Program-made: the position numbers and the translations under genes
Notes under the pieces: generated by a model
Databases searched by the model: none
Told to the model about the DNA's origin: nothing
Seen by the model: the letters and a program-made list of their open reading frames with translations, nothing else
Part shown: piece after piece, positions 22,853 through 32,000 of the stretch
Layout of the letters: every line of letters starts with the position of its first letter
Position numbering within the stretch: the stretch's first letter is position 1
DNA from: Wallemia ichthyophaga EXF-994
Taxonomy: Eukaryota; Fungi; Basidiomycota
Assembly: GCF_000400465.1 (NCBI RefSeq)
Contig: NW_008806288.1
Span: 1-32,000, forward strand
Length of the DNA stretch: 32,000 nt
Reading direction: 5' to 3'

Positions 22853-22919
22853 AGGTATTTCTAGGGGTAATTCTAAAGGTATTTCTAGACATATTTCTAG
22901 AGGTATTTCTGTGTATAAT
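22848..22919 (+). repeat. Six imperfect 12-bp tandem repeats starting at the ABM stop codon
   Basis: tctaaaggtatt / tctaggggtaat / tctaaaggtatt / tctagacatatt / tctagaggtatt / tctgtgtataat. Confidence 0.9.
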
Positions 22920-22945
22920 ACATTTATATTCTACACCATTTACAC

Positions 22946-24127
22946 CTACCCAACCCACTCCACTGGCTCTCTAAGCACCTCCTCCATCTCCATTTCCTCT
23001 GTACCCTCCTGCGTCCCCATATCCGTCATATATTCCCATCTTGCCGTCGCCGGGAGACTCATCAGAATAGATTCGATACGCGCACCGCCGGCCTGTAATG
23101 AGTTGCGTTAGTATCAAATCAAATCTACCAACGACCCACCCACATTCAATCCAAACTTTGTCCCGCGATCGTGCACCAGATTAAACTCCACATAGCGCCC
23201 TCTGCGCAGATCCTGCCAGCGTTTATGGTGGTCGTTGTACTCCACCCCTTTTCTTTTGTCGAGAATAGGCAGGTACGAATCGAGGAAAGCATCTCCGCAC
23301 TCTCGCACAAAGCCAAAGAGCTCCTCAGCGCTCTTCCCCCGCGCCAATTCCGACCCGGGTGTGAGGTCGTCGAAGAAAATGCCCCCTATTCCGCGGCATT
23401 GGTTGCGATGAGGTATGTAGAAGTAGTTATCTGCCCAGCGTTTGAATTGAGGGTAAAAGCCCGCATCGTGTTTGTCGCAAGCCTTTTTCACTGTCCCGTG
23501 GAAATGTCTGCAGTCTTCTTGATTGAGATAAGCCGGTGTGAGATCGGAGCCGCCTCCAAACCACGAGAAGATGGGTTTCGCGTTGACCAAATTTCCTGCA
23601 TTGTCCACGCCACCCTCTTGCCCCCCCTCATACAGCTCGAAATAGCGGTAGTTGGCATGCACAGTGGGGCAAAACGGGTTGCGTGGATGAATGATAAGCG
23701 ATAAGCCGACAGCGCTGAAAGGGAGGGGATGTGGATTTTGTGGGTCGTAAGGAATCCCTGCGTGGTTTGCTCGCATCTGCGCTACACCCGCCGGTGGCAG
23801 TTTGCCATGTACGATGGACACGCCGACACCTGCCTTCTCGACGTGTGTGCCGTTCTGCAGCACACAGCTTATACCCTCACCGCCCTCTTTGCGCTGCCAT
23901 TTGTCAACGCGGAATTTGGCCCCGCCGTCGAAATCTGATATTGCTTCGACTATTGTACTCTGGAGCTGCTTCACGTAGCTCGACATCTGCTGGCGCATCG
24001 GCGGTGCGGTGTGGCTATCGCTTTGGTTGTATTCTTCGCAGCTTACGCGTGCATTGCTGAACACTCCGCCCGCTAGCACCGGCAGGGCTATCGAAGAGAG
24101 AAGACCAAGACGGCCGCGGAGACTCAT
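22946..24127 (-). CDS. HEM13: Oxygen-dependent coproporphyrinogen III oxidase
   Basis: [71 protein letters not shown]. Intron 23093-23143 joins [19 protein letters not shown]. Confidence 0.97.
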
Positions 24128-24265
24128 GGTGGTTCAAGGAAGACGAAGTTGTTGCCAATGGTAAACAACGAAGCGGACAAATGGACAAAGAGATAAAGAA
24201 TATTTTAGCTTAATTCTGTTTCTGTTGCTTACACCAACACCACCACACCACCACACCAACACTCC

Positions 24266-25012
24266 ATGCCTGACGAAGCATTCGACGACTTGGATCGCCA
24301 GACACAACGCGCAGTTGCTGGTCTTATACGCCTCGCTCTCTCCGCAGAAACACGTCGTTCAAGTCTGAAGCGCGATGAGATTGCGAAGAAGTGCAGCAGG
24401 CCATCTGCGATGAGCATAGACAGTATGATAACCGCAGCCAACTTAAAATTAACCGAGGTGTTCGGCTACCAGATTGTAGAATTGCCCCCGAAAGAGAGCT
24501 ACAAGTTGGACAGTCTCCCTGCCAAGAGAGGTACGCGGGCGTATGTGGTGGTGGATGTGCACGATAAGCCAGACAACACCAACCACCTCAAGGCGTACGA
24601 GCGTTTCGAAAACACCCACCTTATCGGCATCCTCCACACCATCCTCGCTGTCGTCTTGGCTAGCGGAGGCATCATTTCAGATACACACCTCTACTCCCAT
24701 CTCAAGAAACTTGGCCTAAATCAATCACAGTGCCTCCCAAATGAAGATAAGCTTACGTTGGAATCCTTTATCAACTCCCTCTCAAGGCAGTCTTACCTGG
24801 AGAAAAAAAAATCATCCATTGGGAATCACGACATGGAATTTAGTTGGGGTGCACGAGCGCTTGTCGAAATTGGCGAGAATAATATTGCTCAGTTCATGAT
24901 TCACATTATCAACATATCTAGGCGTGATAGCAGCAACGATGCAACACAAGAAATCAATGATAAGATGCTCGAAGATCTACAAAGAGGTATTGGACATAGC
25001 TGGAACAGCTAG
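24266..25012 (+). CDS. NSE3: MAGE-domain Smc5/6 subunit Nse3
   Basis: LIRLALSAETRRSSLKRDEI, ANLKLTEVFGYQIVELP, GILHTILAVVLASGG, YLEKKK, FSWGARALVEIGE. Confidence 0.85.
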   Translation: MPDEAFDDLDRQTQRAVAGLIRLALSAETRRSSLKRDEIAKKCSRPSAMSIDSMITAANLKLTEVFGYQIVELPPKESYKLDSLPAKRGTRAYVVVDVHDKPDNTNHLKAYERFENTHLIGILHTILAVVLASGGIISDTHLYSHLKKLGLNQSQCLPNEDKLTLESFINSLSRQSYLEKKKSSIGNHDMEFSWGARALVEIGENNIAQFMIHIINISRRDSSNDATQEINDKMLEDLQRGIGHSWNS

Positions 25013-25032
25013 TATTCACTCTAGTTACCCAG

Positions 25033-26781
25033 TCACCTATCATACATACCCCTGTTAAATGCATCATCTGAATAATACCGTGCTATTATCTGCGTTCCTC
25101 CAAAGTATCTTCCATTCAGTGCTCTCACGTTCTTATATGCACCAACTAATCCTGAAAACTTGACAAAGATCTTCACAGCATCGCTCTCCTCCATATACAC
25201 TTGCGGTGTATGCACAACCACTCTTTCCACGATCCCATTCTTATTGCACTCCTCAGCAACTTCCTGTGACAGATCATCGTCGACTTCGTGTAACTTGACC
25301 ATATTCCTCAGAAGGATGGTTTTGGATGGTTCCCCAAACATCTCTCTCGCCTGCTTATCCAGCCCACTCTCCTCTGTTGACTTGATCTCCCCACTGCCAC
25401 TTTCACTTTTTTCCAACGACAAAGCTTCCTTGATTCCCGTCTTGTGCGCTCCAAGTCCCTCTCCCTCTTTCCAGCCCTGCTTTGCCATAAATCGCTGTGC
25501 AAAATTAGCCTTGTTCTCTCCTCTCTCCTGCTGCTCTTTCGACACTGTTGATTCTTCAATCGTGGAGAGAAAGTCGTCTACTTCTGACACTTCTGGTGCA
25601 ACTTGTGTCGATTGCACTGGCAGTTGCGGCGTTTGCACCTCTGTGGACGCCTTCTGTGGCACCAGCTTGCTGAACTTGGCTGCAATACTTGCAGCTGCTG
25701 CCTGTGATGCTTTCAGTCTATCTTCGGGTGTTTGAGAGGGAGGGGGTGGTTGAGGTGGTTGAGGTGGTTGAGGTGGTTGTATCTGTGCTTTGTCGGGCTG
25801 TTCGTCTTGCTGCTTTGCTTGCTGCTGTACCTCCTGTTTCGATTCTACCTCAGATACACCCTCGACACCACCCACATTCTCACCCTGCATACGCGCTTGC
25901 TGAGCGTTAGCGCTCGACATAGCCAACCGTCTCTGAAACACCTCGTCGCCCGTTTCCTCCTTGTCGATAGCCGTTGGAGCGTGTGCATCACTGTCGTATA
26001 CCTCTGGTGGTGCAAACATTTTGAATTTATCTTTATCACCACGTCCACCACGTTCTTCTCCTCCCTCCTCATCGTCGCTCTCCGAATACTCAGACGAACT
26101 GTAGTCGTTGTGCTGTCTAGACAACTCCTCAGCCCTTCTCGCCATCCTCTCCTCTTTCAAAAACTCAGCAAAACGCTTGTACTCCATATAGTCCGTCGGC
26201 TTGTACGGATCATACTCATCGTTCCAGTTGGGTCCTGCTACTGGTAGCTGGCCCTTTTTCTTCATTTTCTTCTCTTTTTTGGTGAGTACTCGGCGATAAT
26301 TCCCGCTCATATGTGCTGCATCGTCTAGCTCTTCATCTGAGATTGTCATTGGGGGTGGTTTGAGTGAAGTGTTTTGTGTGATTTGTGCTGTGTCTGCTGA
26401 TGTATCTGCTTCTGCTCGTGCTTGGAGTGTGCTCTCGTTTACATTGCCGGTAGTCTGCGTGTTGTGAGAATCTAGCCCGCCTCTTTCCACACCAGCACCC
26501 TCGTCACCCTTCTTGGGCGTGCTGCTCGATGAGGACGCCGCCGAGCTCGATGGAATCGCACTCGCACTGGCGAACGCTGAAGGCACCGGCGGCAACGATG
26601 GCTTTGTTGCTGCCTTACTCCTTCTCGCTACTGGCGCGAACTTGAGCGATGCCGTCCAGTTCTGTGGTTTGGGCGCTGGTTGAGGCGCTGCTGGTTCTTG
26701 TGGCTGAGGCTCTGGCGAAGGTTCCTTCTTTTCTTCCTTCTTCTCTTCCTCCTCGAAGAATATTCCGCCGTATAAACTCAT
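25033..26781 (-). CDS. SPF45: Splicing factor 45 (G-patch + UHM/RRM)
   Basis: N-terminal SLYGGI; DEYDPYKPTDY motif; G-patch FAQRFMAKQGWKEGEGLG; C-terminal ILLRNMV...EVAEECNKNGIVERVVV...VKIFVKF...LNGRYFGG. Confidence 0.88.
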   Translation of the reverse strand: MSLYGGIFFEEEEKKEEKKEPSPEPQPQEPAAPQPAPKPQNWTASLKFAPVARRSKAATKPSLPPVPSAFASASAIPSSSAASSSSSTPKKGDEGAGVERGGLDSHNTQTTGNVNESTLQARAEADTSADTAQITQNTSLKPPPMTISDEELDDAAHMSGNYRRVLTKKEKKMKKKGQLPVAGPNWNDEYDPYKPTDYMEYKRFAEFLKEERMARRAEELSRQHNDYSSSEYSESDDEEGGEERGGRGDKDKFKMFAPPEVYDSDAHAPTAIDKEETGDEVFQRRLAMSSANAQQARMQGENVGGVEGVSEVESKQEVQQQAKQQDEQPDKAQIQPPQPPQPPQPPPPSQTPEDRLKASQAAAASIAAKFSKLVPQKASTEVQTPQLPVQSTQVAPEVSEVDDFLSTIEESTVSKEQQERGENKANFAQRFMAKQGWKEGEGLGAHKTGIKEALSLEKSESGSGEIKSTEESGLDKQAREMFGEPSKTILLRNMVKLHEVDDDLSQEVAEECNKNGIVERVVVHTPQVYMEESDAVKIFVKFSGLVGAYKNVRALNGRYFGGTQIIARYYSDDAFNRGMYDR

Positions 26782-26879
26782 AAGCCGTTGAGGTACTTGA
26801 TCAAAGATACTGATAACACGATTTGATGTCAAGACGTGGAGATGATTAAATTATTGTGAAGTTTGGTGATTGATTATTA

Positions 26880-28391
26880 AAGCTATCGTACTTCTTAAGG
26901 GGGATCAAGTGTATTCTCAGACTCACTCCTCCGTCCGGAATCCATATAGGTTTCCGAAGAATGTATCCTTAGGTTATCGACTTAATGTGTTTGGTATAAT
27001 TGGGTGCACCAGCTTTATTACCTCTAAATTGAATTTGCCTCACAAACAACAAAAGTACCCAAGTAGCCAACTTGTTTTAGAATCAGAAGGTGAAGAAAGG
27101 CTTGTATGTTTTACGATTTCATTATATCCAATTCACCTAATTTGTCGTGTGATAGAGAGGGGTGTTATTATATTATCAAGTAGTCATTCATGATAATATT
27201 TTTAGCAGCCTACATACGTCTTGCTATCTTCGTAGCCAATAATAAAATTCCATACCGCGAAGTCTGAAGTATGCCTAGTCTTGAACGAACAGAACTTAGC
27301 GTGTATGTTCACTCTGCACAGATTTTGACTTTGTTTGATGATTTGGAAGAGTAAAGCTGTTGTTGTTTTTTCGAATATTACATCAAAGACGGTCAGATGC
27401 GTGAGATTCGGGACATTTTGATCAATTTCAGAAATGAAGCAAAAAGTCTTCGGATTGAAACACAGCGTAGACTGGGCATCGATCAGTGAAAATCTTATGT
27501 CATTGACCTTCTGAGGTTTCTATAATCCCTGTAGCAATTGTCAAGAGCCAGATTCTTTATTTGCTCGTAATCTATCTAAATACCTTCAAAGGTTTCCATG
27601 TAATATTCAAAAAACACAATTGATCAACGTCAAGTATTTCAGAATTGGATTGACCTGTAAAAGAAGCCCAACGACAAGCCAATATACCTGGCGATCATAG
27701 TAATCAGCTGCTTCGTGCTAGCTGTACCACCTTTCTTTGATCTTCCACAATTCAAAACAAAAGACATAGCGGACTTTCAGCATTATTGTAACCTTAAGGA
27801 CGATCCTCTTTAATAGTGCTTTAAGATATTAATCTGTCAAATTAACATATATCTTTACAATAATTTCGAATGAGTAATTTCTTTGTCATTTTGAAGTAAA
27901 AATGCTCATGATCCACCATGTTTTCACGTAATGCTTCATTAGTTTTCAGTCTTAATGTTAATTAGTTCAACAATGAATTAAAATATGCTGATAAACAACA
28001 AAAAAGTTATGAAAGTCATTGTCACGCATCAAATGGGGAAATTCCAATGAAATGTCAGTGAGTAAGTGTTGTACTTACAAGTATATAGATTCTATCGTCT
28101 GATTACTTCTGCTGAATTGTTTGATTTGATCTTGGGTTGTCTCCTGAATGGCTTATTACTTTCGTCACCTCCTACAAACGCAAACCAATATAACTAAATC
28201 GACGTGTCCAATGTTCTCAATAACCATAAAGTTTCCTGACGATCTTCTGAATAAGCTCTGCTGGGAGCTATTCCATGAAATCGCTGGTTTGTTTGTCTTT
28301 GCACATGATGGCAGAATTGAAGGGGTAAGCTGCGATAAGACACTAAACTCAAAAAGACATTATATCATATTCTAAGACAATAGCTCACCAT
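26880..28391 (-). pseudogene. Decayed F-box / leucine-rich-repeat gene
   Basis: ATG 28391 plus intron 28330-28388 leads in frame to an F-box-like NIGHVDLVILVCVCRR* (TGA at 28165-28167 where Trp is expected). Downstream LRR-like fragments (NPILKYLTLINC, QIKNLALDNC, VPNLTHLTVFD, NLEVIKL) are separated by stops and frameshifts. Confidence 0.55.
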
Positions 28392-28606
28392 AGCATGTAA
28401 GTATTACTCTCCTCCCCCTCATTTAAAATTTTCACAGTTGCAAAACAGATAGGACGACACCACCATGACATAAGCAGCTTAATCTCCATATTCATGACAC
28501 TCTCTATTCCCACCTATTCAAACAAATCTCAATTGTGCATTGCTTGACGTGAATTTTCCACATCGATAAGGGATAAATTACAAAACATTACTATACAGAG
28601 AAACGT

Positions 28607-29490
28607 CTAAGTGAGCATTTGCTGATCAAATTGACCGAGTCTGTTGATATCCTCAGTGTTTAATTTCTCATTGTGATTCCTCCCGTGTTTATGCAGCGGA
28701 GGTTGATATCTAGGGAAATTGACACGAGACGCGAGGGCATTCTCGCCCCACGACAACAGCTTGATGACATTAGATAATTTGGGCTCACTTGAGTGAAATT
28801 CAGATTCAAGGACGTGCTTGTTGACCATGCTTGCAACTCTCTCCCTCTGTGACTGACTGAGGAGTTGGCGAATGTTGTTAGGGGCGTCTGTAGCCTGTGC
28901 GAGCTGTTCGGAGTCGGGGCTGTCGAAAGCAAGCAGAGTGAGCGTTGTCTCGAGCGATGGCAGTAGCGAGGGGATCGTTATAGCCAGGTGGGAGAGAACA
29001 GACTGAGCGAAGTGCAGCGCTACATCTACCTGCTTATGCCTGATAAGCTCTATGAGATGCTGGAGCTGTACGTTGAAGTAAAGCTCAGTATTCTGGTCGA
29101 GGATATCCGGATTTATTTCATTGATCAGGTCAATTGCAGGTGCAATGTGACCACATCTTATCAGATCCTTCACAGACTTTCTGTCTTTGATGATGTTGGT
29201 GGATTCGTCCATATCCAAGCCTGTATCCTTGGAGAAAGTAGTCGCTGCGTCTGTATAGCCTTCAATGATGAGGTAATCGAGGACGAGCTTGTTGAGCTGT
29301 CTGGGTGGGTTGTAAGTGGGTGGCTGATATGGCGAATAGAATCACTGACGCCTTGCTCAAACTAAGCTGGCCTAGCTTGCTGGCCCATGTGTCGCTGGAT
29401 ATAGCGTTTGTTTGCTGGTTGATTGGCTTGAAGAAGAAATTATAATTGAGCATTTCGGTTCTTATACACACACAAGAAACTCACCAGCAT
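28607..29490 (-). CDS. GID8: GID/CTLH complex subunit Gid8 (LisH-CTLH-CRA)
   Basis: 6-nt first coding exon ATGCTG; introns 29427-29484 and 29301-29349. LisH: LNKLVLDYLIIEGYTDAATTF. CTLH: AIDLINEINPDILDQNTELYFNVQLQHLIELIR. CRA: QRERVASMVNKHVL. Confidence 0.9.
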
Positions 29491-29567
29491 TTTTAATTTA
29501 ATTTCTCTGTCTGTGTGAATGTTCAGTCGCAAGGCTTCATCGCCGACGACGATAAGCGTAAGACAAT

Positions 29568-30112
29568 ATGGAAGGCGAGCCAACGAGAGGCGTGAGTGGA
29601 TTATATCGTAGATGCTGTACCCATCTCACGCGCTCAATAGGGCACGCGTGGCGGTGCTGGTGACTTTAGCTGGAATGCAGTCAAGGAGGATAAGCATCGC
29701 GAGTATTATTTGGGACACAGCGTCAAAGCTGCTGCTGGTAGATGGCAGAAGAACAAAGTGGGTCATTTCCATTCACAATAGCCTCTGTCTTATATGAGTC
29801 AAGGACATTCACTGGTATAATCGCGATGACGATAATGCCGATGAGGGAGAAATTCAGCGTAAGAAGAAAGAGGAAATCAAGAAGATCAAGGAAGCTGAAG
29901 AGGATGCTCTGAGCGTTGCACTAGGATACGCACCAAAACCACGACAATCCGAGGAGGAGAAGATTGCGGCAAAAGCACAGAAGAATGCCGAGAAGAGAAT
30001 CAGGAAGGAGGAGAGAGATAAGGTGCGAGCTGAGCGAGAGCAGCGGCGGAAAGAGAGTGGCAGAGATAGCAGGTACACTCCGTACACCACCGACAATCAG
30101 AGACGTAAATAA
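29568..30112 (+). CDS. MMTAG2: MMTAG2-like ('kinase phosphorylation' family) protein
   Basis: Introns 29592-29640 and 29758-29803 give PTRGGTRGGAGDFSWNAVKEDKHREYYLGHSVKAAAGRWQKNKDIHWY...EEIKKIKEAEEDALSVALG. This gene is missing from the ORF track. Confidence 0.88.
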
Positions 30113-30140
30113 CGTGCAATAGTGTGTATAATAGAACAAA

Positions 30141-30710
30141 TCACCTCTTGTCTTTCCTCTGGATGGTTTCGTCATTGATAAAGATACCTTTACCGTTGTA
30201 TGGCTCTGGTTTCCTCCAATGCCTAATAGCAGCTGCAAATGCAGTCACTTGGTGCTTATTTGAGCCTGTGAGTATTACCTTGTTAGTAGCAGGCGTCTCT
30301 GCATTCACCCCGTCTGGGATCTGCATTATTACGGGATGGCTGAATCCCAATTTCAAGTGAATGTTCCTGCCCTCAATCGCAGCCCTATAACCAACACCGA
30401 CAAGTCTAACATTTACTCTAAAGCCCTCAGTAACTCCAGTGATTGCGTTCTGGACAAGTGTACGAGTGAGTCCCCACATGGATCTCTGTAGCGGTATCTT
30501 CCTATCCTCAACGGTAATCTTGATATCGCCCGATGATTGCTTTAACTGTATGAATGGCTTTATATCCACGCTCTCCTCGCCTAAGGGTCCCTTAACGCTA
30601 AGTTTATCTAGACTGGAGGTAACCTGGGTGGATGAGGGAATAATTACTGGATTCTTGCCAACATGAGATAACTGCCTGCTGCTCGTCGACAGCGCTCTCC
30701 TGAATATCAT
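30141..30710 (-). CDS. MRPL6: Mitochondrial ribosomal protein uL6m
   Basis: Presequence MIFRRALSTSSRQL, then SHVGKNPV, RSMWGLTRTLVQNAITGVTEGF, LVGVGYRA, LKLGFSHP, RHWRKPEPYNGKGIF. Confidence 0.95.
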   Translation of the reverse strand: MIFRRALSTSSRQLSHVGKNPVIIPSSTQVTSSLDKLSVKGPLGEESVDIKPFIQLKQSSGDIKITVEDRKIPLQRSMWGLTRTLVQNAITGVTEGFRVNVRLVGVGYRAAIEGRNIHLKLGFSHPVIMQIPDGVNAETPATNKVILTGSNKHQVTAFAAAIRHWRKPEPYNGKGIFINDETIQRKDKR

Positions 30711-30779
30711 TTTTGCGCCGTTTGTTGTACACTTGCAAGAGTCTTCTTGAACCACAACGGCGATAATCAAATTTATAAA

Positions 30780-31664
30780 ATGTTGCGCACTGTAAAGCCA
30801 AAGAATGCAAGGGTTAAGAGAGCTATGAAAGAGCGGGAACCACACGCCCACGAGAATCCAAAGACGGCGCTCTTCATCAAAACACAGACAACGTCTGCTA
30901 TACTCACTGAGGCGATGAGCGATCTTTACAGTCTCAAGAAACCACACGGCATTACTTTCAATAAGAAGAATCAGCTTCAGCCGTTTGAGGACAGCTCGAG
31001 CTTGGAGTTCTGGTCGAATAAGAACGACGCTTCTTTGCTTCTTGTTGGATCTCATCAGAAGAAGAGACCACATAATCTTATCTTTACGAGAACGTTTAAC
31101 TATCAGTTGTTCGATATGTTGGAAATGGGTGTCGAGAATTTCAAATCGATGAAAAGTTTCAACATTAATAACCAAGTAAACGTTGGTATGAAACCGCTGT
31201 TCAACTTTACGGGTGAGTTGTTTGATACTCACCCAAAGTACCAGCAGTTCAAGAATGTCATGCTTGATTTCTTCAGAGGCGAGACAATTTCTTCCATCTC
31301 TCTCGCTGGTTTGTCGCATGTGATTAGCTGTACTGTCGGCGAGCAAGCCAATGAAGAGGATACACCGCCTGTGCAGTTCAGAGTATATTCGATTCAGTTA
31401 TTGAAGAGCGGTACGCGGACACCGCGTGTAGAGTTAGTCGAGATGGGTCCATCGATGGATCTCACGCCTAGGAGAACCCAAGAACCAGATTCATCACTCG
31501 AGAAGGAGGCATACAGGAAACCTAAGCCGGTCAATGTTCCTAAGAAGAGGAAGAACGTTGAGGTGGACGAGATGGGTGACAAAGTTGGCAGAATACACAT
31601 GGAGAAGCAAGACTTGTCTAAGCTACAGACTAGAAAGGTCAGAGCACTCAAGGCTGACGATTAG
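30780..31664 (+). CDS. RPF2: Brix-domain ribosome biogenesis protein Rpf2
   Basis: MLRTVKPKNARVKRAMKEREP, SLEFWSNKNDASL, HQKKRPHNLIFTRTFNYQLFDMLE, PRVELVEMGPSMDL, GDKVGRIHMEKQDLSKLQTRK. Confidence 0.95.
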   Translation: MLRTVKPKNARVKRAMKEREPHAHENPKTALFIKTQTTSAILTEAMSDLYSLKKPHGITFNKKNQLQPFEDSSSLEFWSNKNDASLLLVGSHQKKRPHNLIFTRTFNYQLFDMLEMGVENFKSMKSFNINNQVNVGMKPLFNFTGELFDTHPKYQQFKNVMLDFFRGETISSISLAGLSHVISCTVGEQANEEDTPPVQFRVYSIQLLKSGTRTPRVELVEMGPSMDLTPRRTQEPDSSLEKEAYRKPKPVNVPKKRKNVEVDEMGDKVGRIHMEKQDLSKLQTRKVRALKADD

Positions 31665-31707
31665 GATAGACGATAATTCATATTTTTTGCTACACTTTAT
31701 AAATAAC

Positions 31708-32000
31708 TTATTCTGATATGCTGTATGTGCTATGACACGACCACAACCCCGTGTAAGATGCTTTCCATACGCTAGCTTTAGCGTTATCGCCTGAGGAAGT
31801 GAGTACGGTACTTGGGTAAGGTTAGCCGTGTGTTCTAAGAGCAAGACAAGGTGCACGCACCCAAACAGGTTCCATGAGAGACTGGCTACAACGCCGCCGT
31901 GTTCCAACTCTGCGACGAGATGACTGGTGAAGACTGGTGCGCTGCCGTCGTCCGAGTGACTGAGAGAGAGTTTGAATATCCTCACCAATCCATCGCGCGC
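31708..32000 (-). CDS. SEH1: 3' end of WD40 nucleoporin Seh1 (partial; 5' part lies beyond the window)
   Basis: DGLVRIFKL...LVAELEHGGVVASLSWNLFG, intron 31811-31860, then TVLTSSGDNAKASVWKASYTGLWSC, stop at 31708. The paralogue SEC13 is less likely but not excluded. Confidence 0.8.

Noticed and set aside
22445-24127. ABM protein as an IsdG-like heme-degrading partner of the adjacent HEM13
   Set aside because: The sequence fits the YgiN/LsrG-type pattern rather than the IsdG Asn/Trp/His signature, and convergent adjacency carries little functional meaning in so compact a genome.
19050-25790. Simple coding repeats (poly-Asn ~19050-19130; DDL repeats in UGO1 ~20875-20930; QH repeats 21340-21590; QPP repeats in SPF45 ~25740-25780)
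   Set aside because: Ordinary low-complexity protein tracts, not CRISPR-like or mobile-element repeats.
17858-26247. Numerous 60-190 aa overlapping ORFs opposite the orphan gene, UGO1, HEM13 and SPF45
   Set aside because: They are antisense or alternate-frame shadows of well-supported genes in GC-rich sequence, with no independent motifs.
26870-27193. + ORF beginning IIKAIVLLKGDQ, reminiscent of the Cu/Zn SOD N-terminus
   Set aside because: It has a TTG start, lacks the SOD metal-binding His motifs, and lies antisense to the pseudogene fragments.
28148-28468. Possible 75-aa spliced + strand gene (introns 28325-28376 and 28397-28437)
   Set aside because: It overlaps the F-box pseudogene exons on the opposite strand and has no recognisable product. 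It cannot be fully excluded without stranded RNA-seq.
30711-31346. 212-codon upstream extension of the MRPL6 ORF
   Set aside because: It is the exact codon-register antisense shadow of RPF2. MRPL6 already has a proper presequence from ATG 30710.
1-32000. tRNA, rRNA, CRISPR arrays, transposases, LTRs or terminal inverted repeats
   Set aside because: None seen by eye. tRNAscan-SE, Infernal and RepeatMasker would be needed to exclude small or degenerate cases.

Overview
Eukaryotic, fungal nuclear DNA. Protein sequences look basidiomycete-like, and the extreme compaction with ~44-60 nt introns suggests a Wallemia-like genome (inference, not verified). I reconstructed 23 protein-coding genes by hand, one of them cut by the right edge. 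In order: FUSC/ArAE-type exporter, RsfS/ATP25-like protein, VMA16, Pol delta subunit 4, ERG20, HTS1, a Q/P-rich protein, CSL4, PTM1-like, TTC1-like, a multi-exon PB1-like protein, a 705-aa orphan, UGO1, a small Q/H-rich protein, an ABM-domain protein, HEM13, NSE3, SPF45, GID8, MMTAG2-like, MRPL6, RPF2 and SEH1. Most are housekeeping genes, packed with start-to-start gaps of 69-138 bp and stop-to-stop gaps as short as 14 bp. I saw no rRNA, tRNA, CRISPR array or transposon. Points not captured by the ORF track: a decayed F-box/LRR pseudogene in the 26.9-28.4 kb gap; a PB1-like gene with a 6-nt micro-exon; a possible non-AUG mitochondrial extension of HisRS; an ACAACG motif recurring in the tiny bidirectional promoters; and an unexplained 1.4 kb gap at 16.1-17.5 kb. 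I found no convincing novel multi-gene system. All product calls come from recalled motifs, not database searches.
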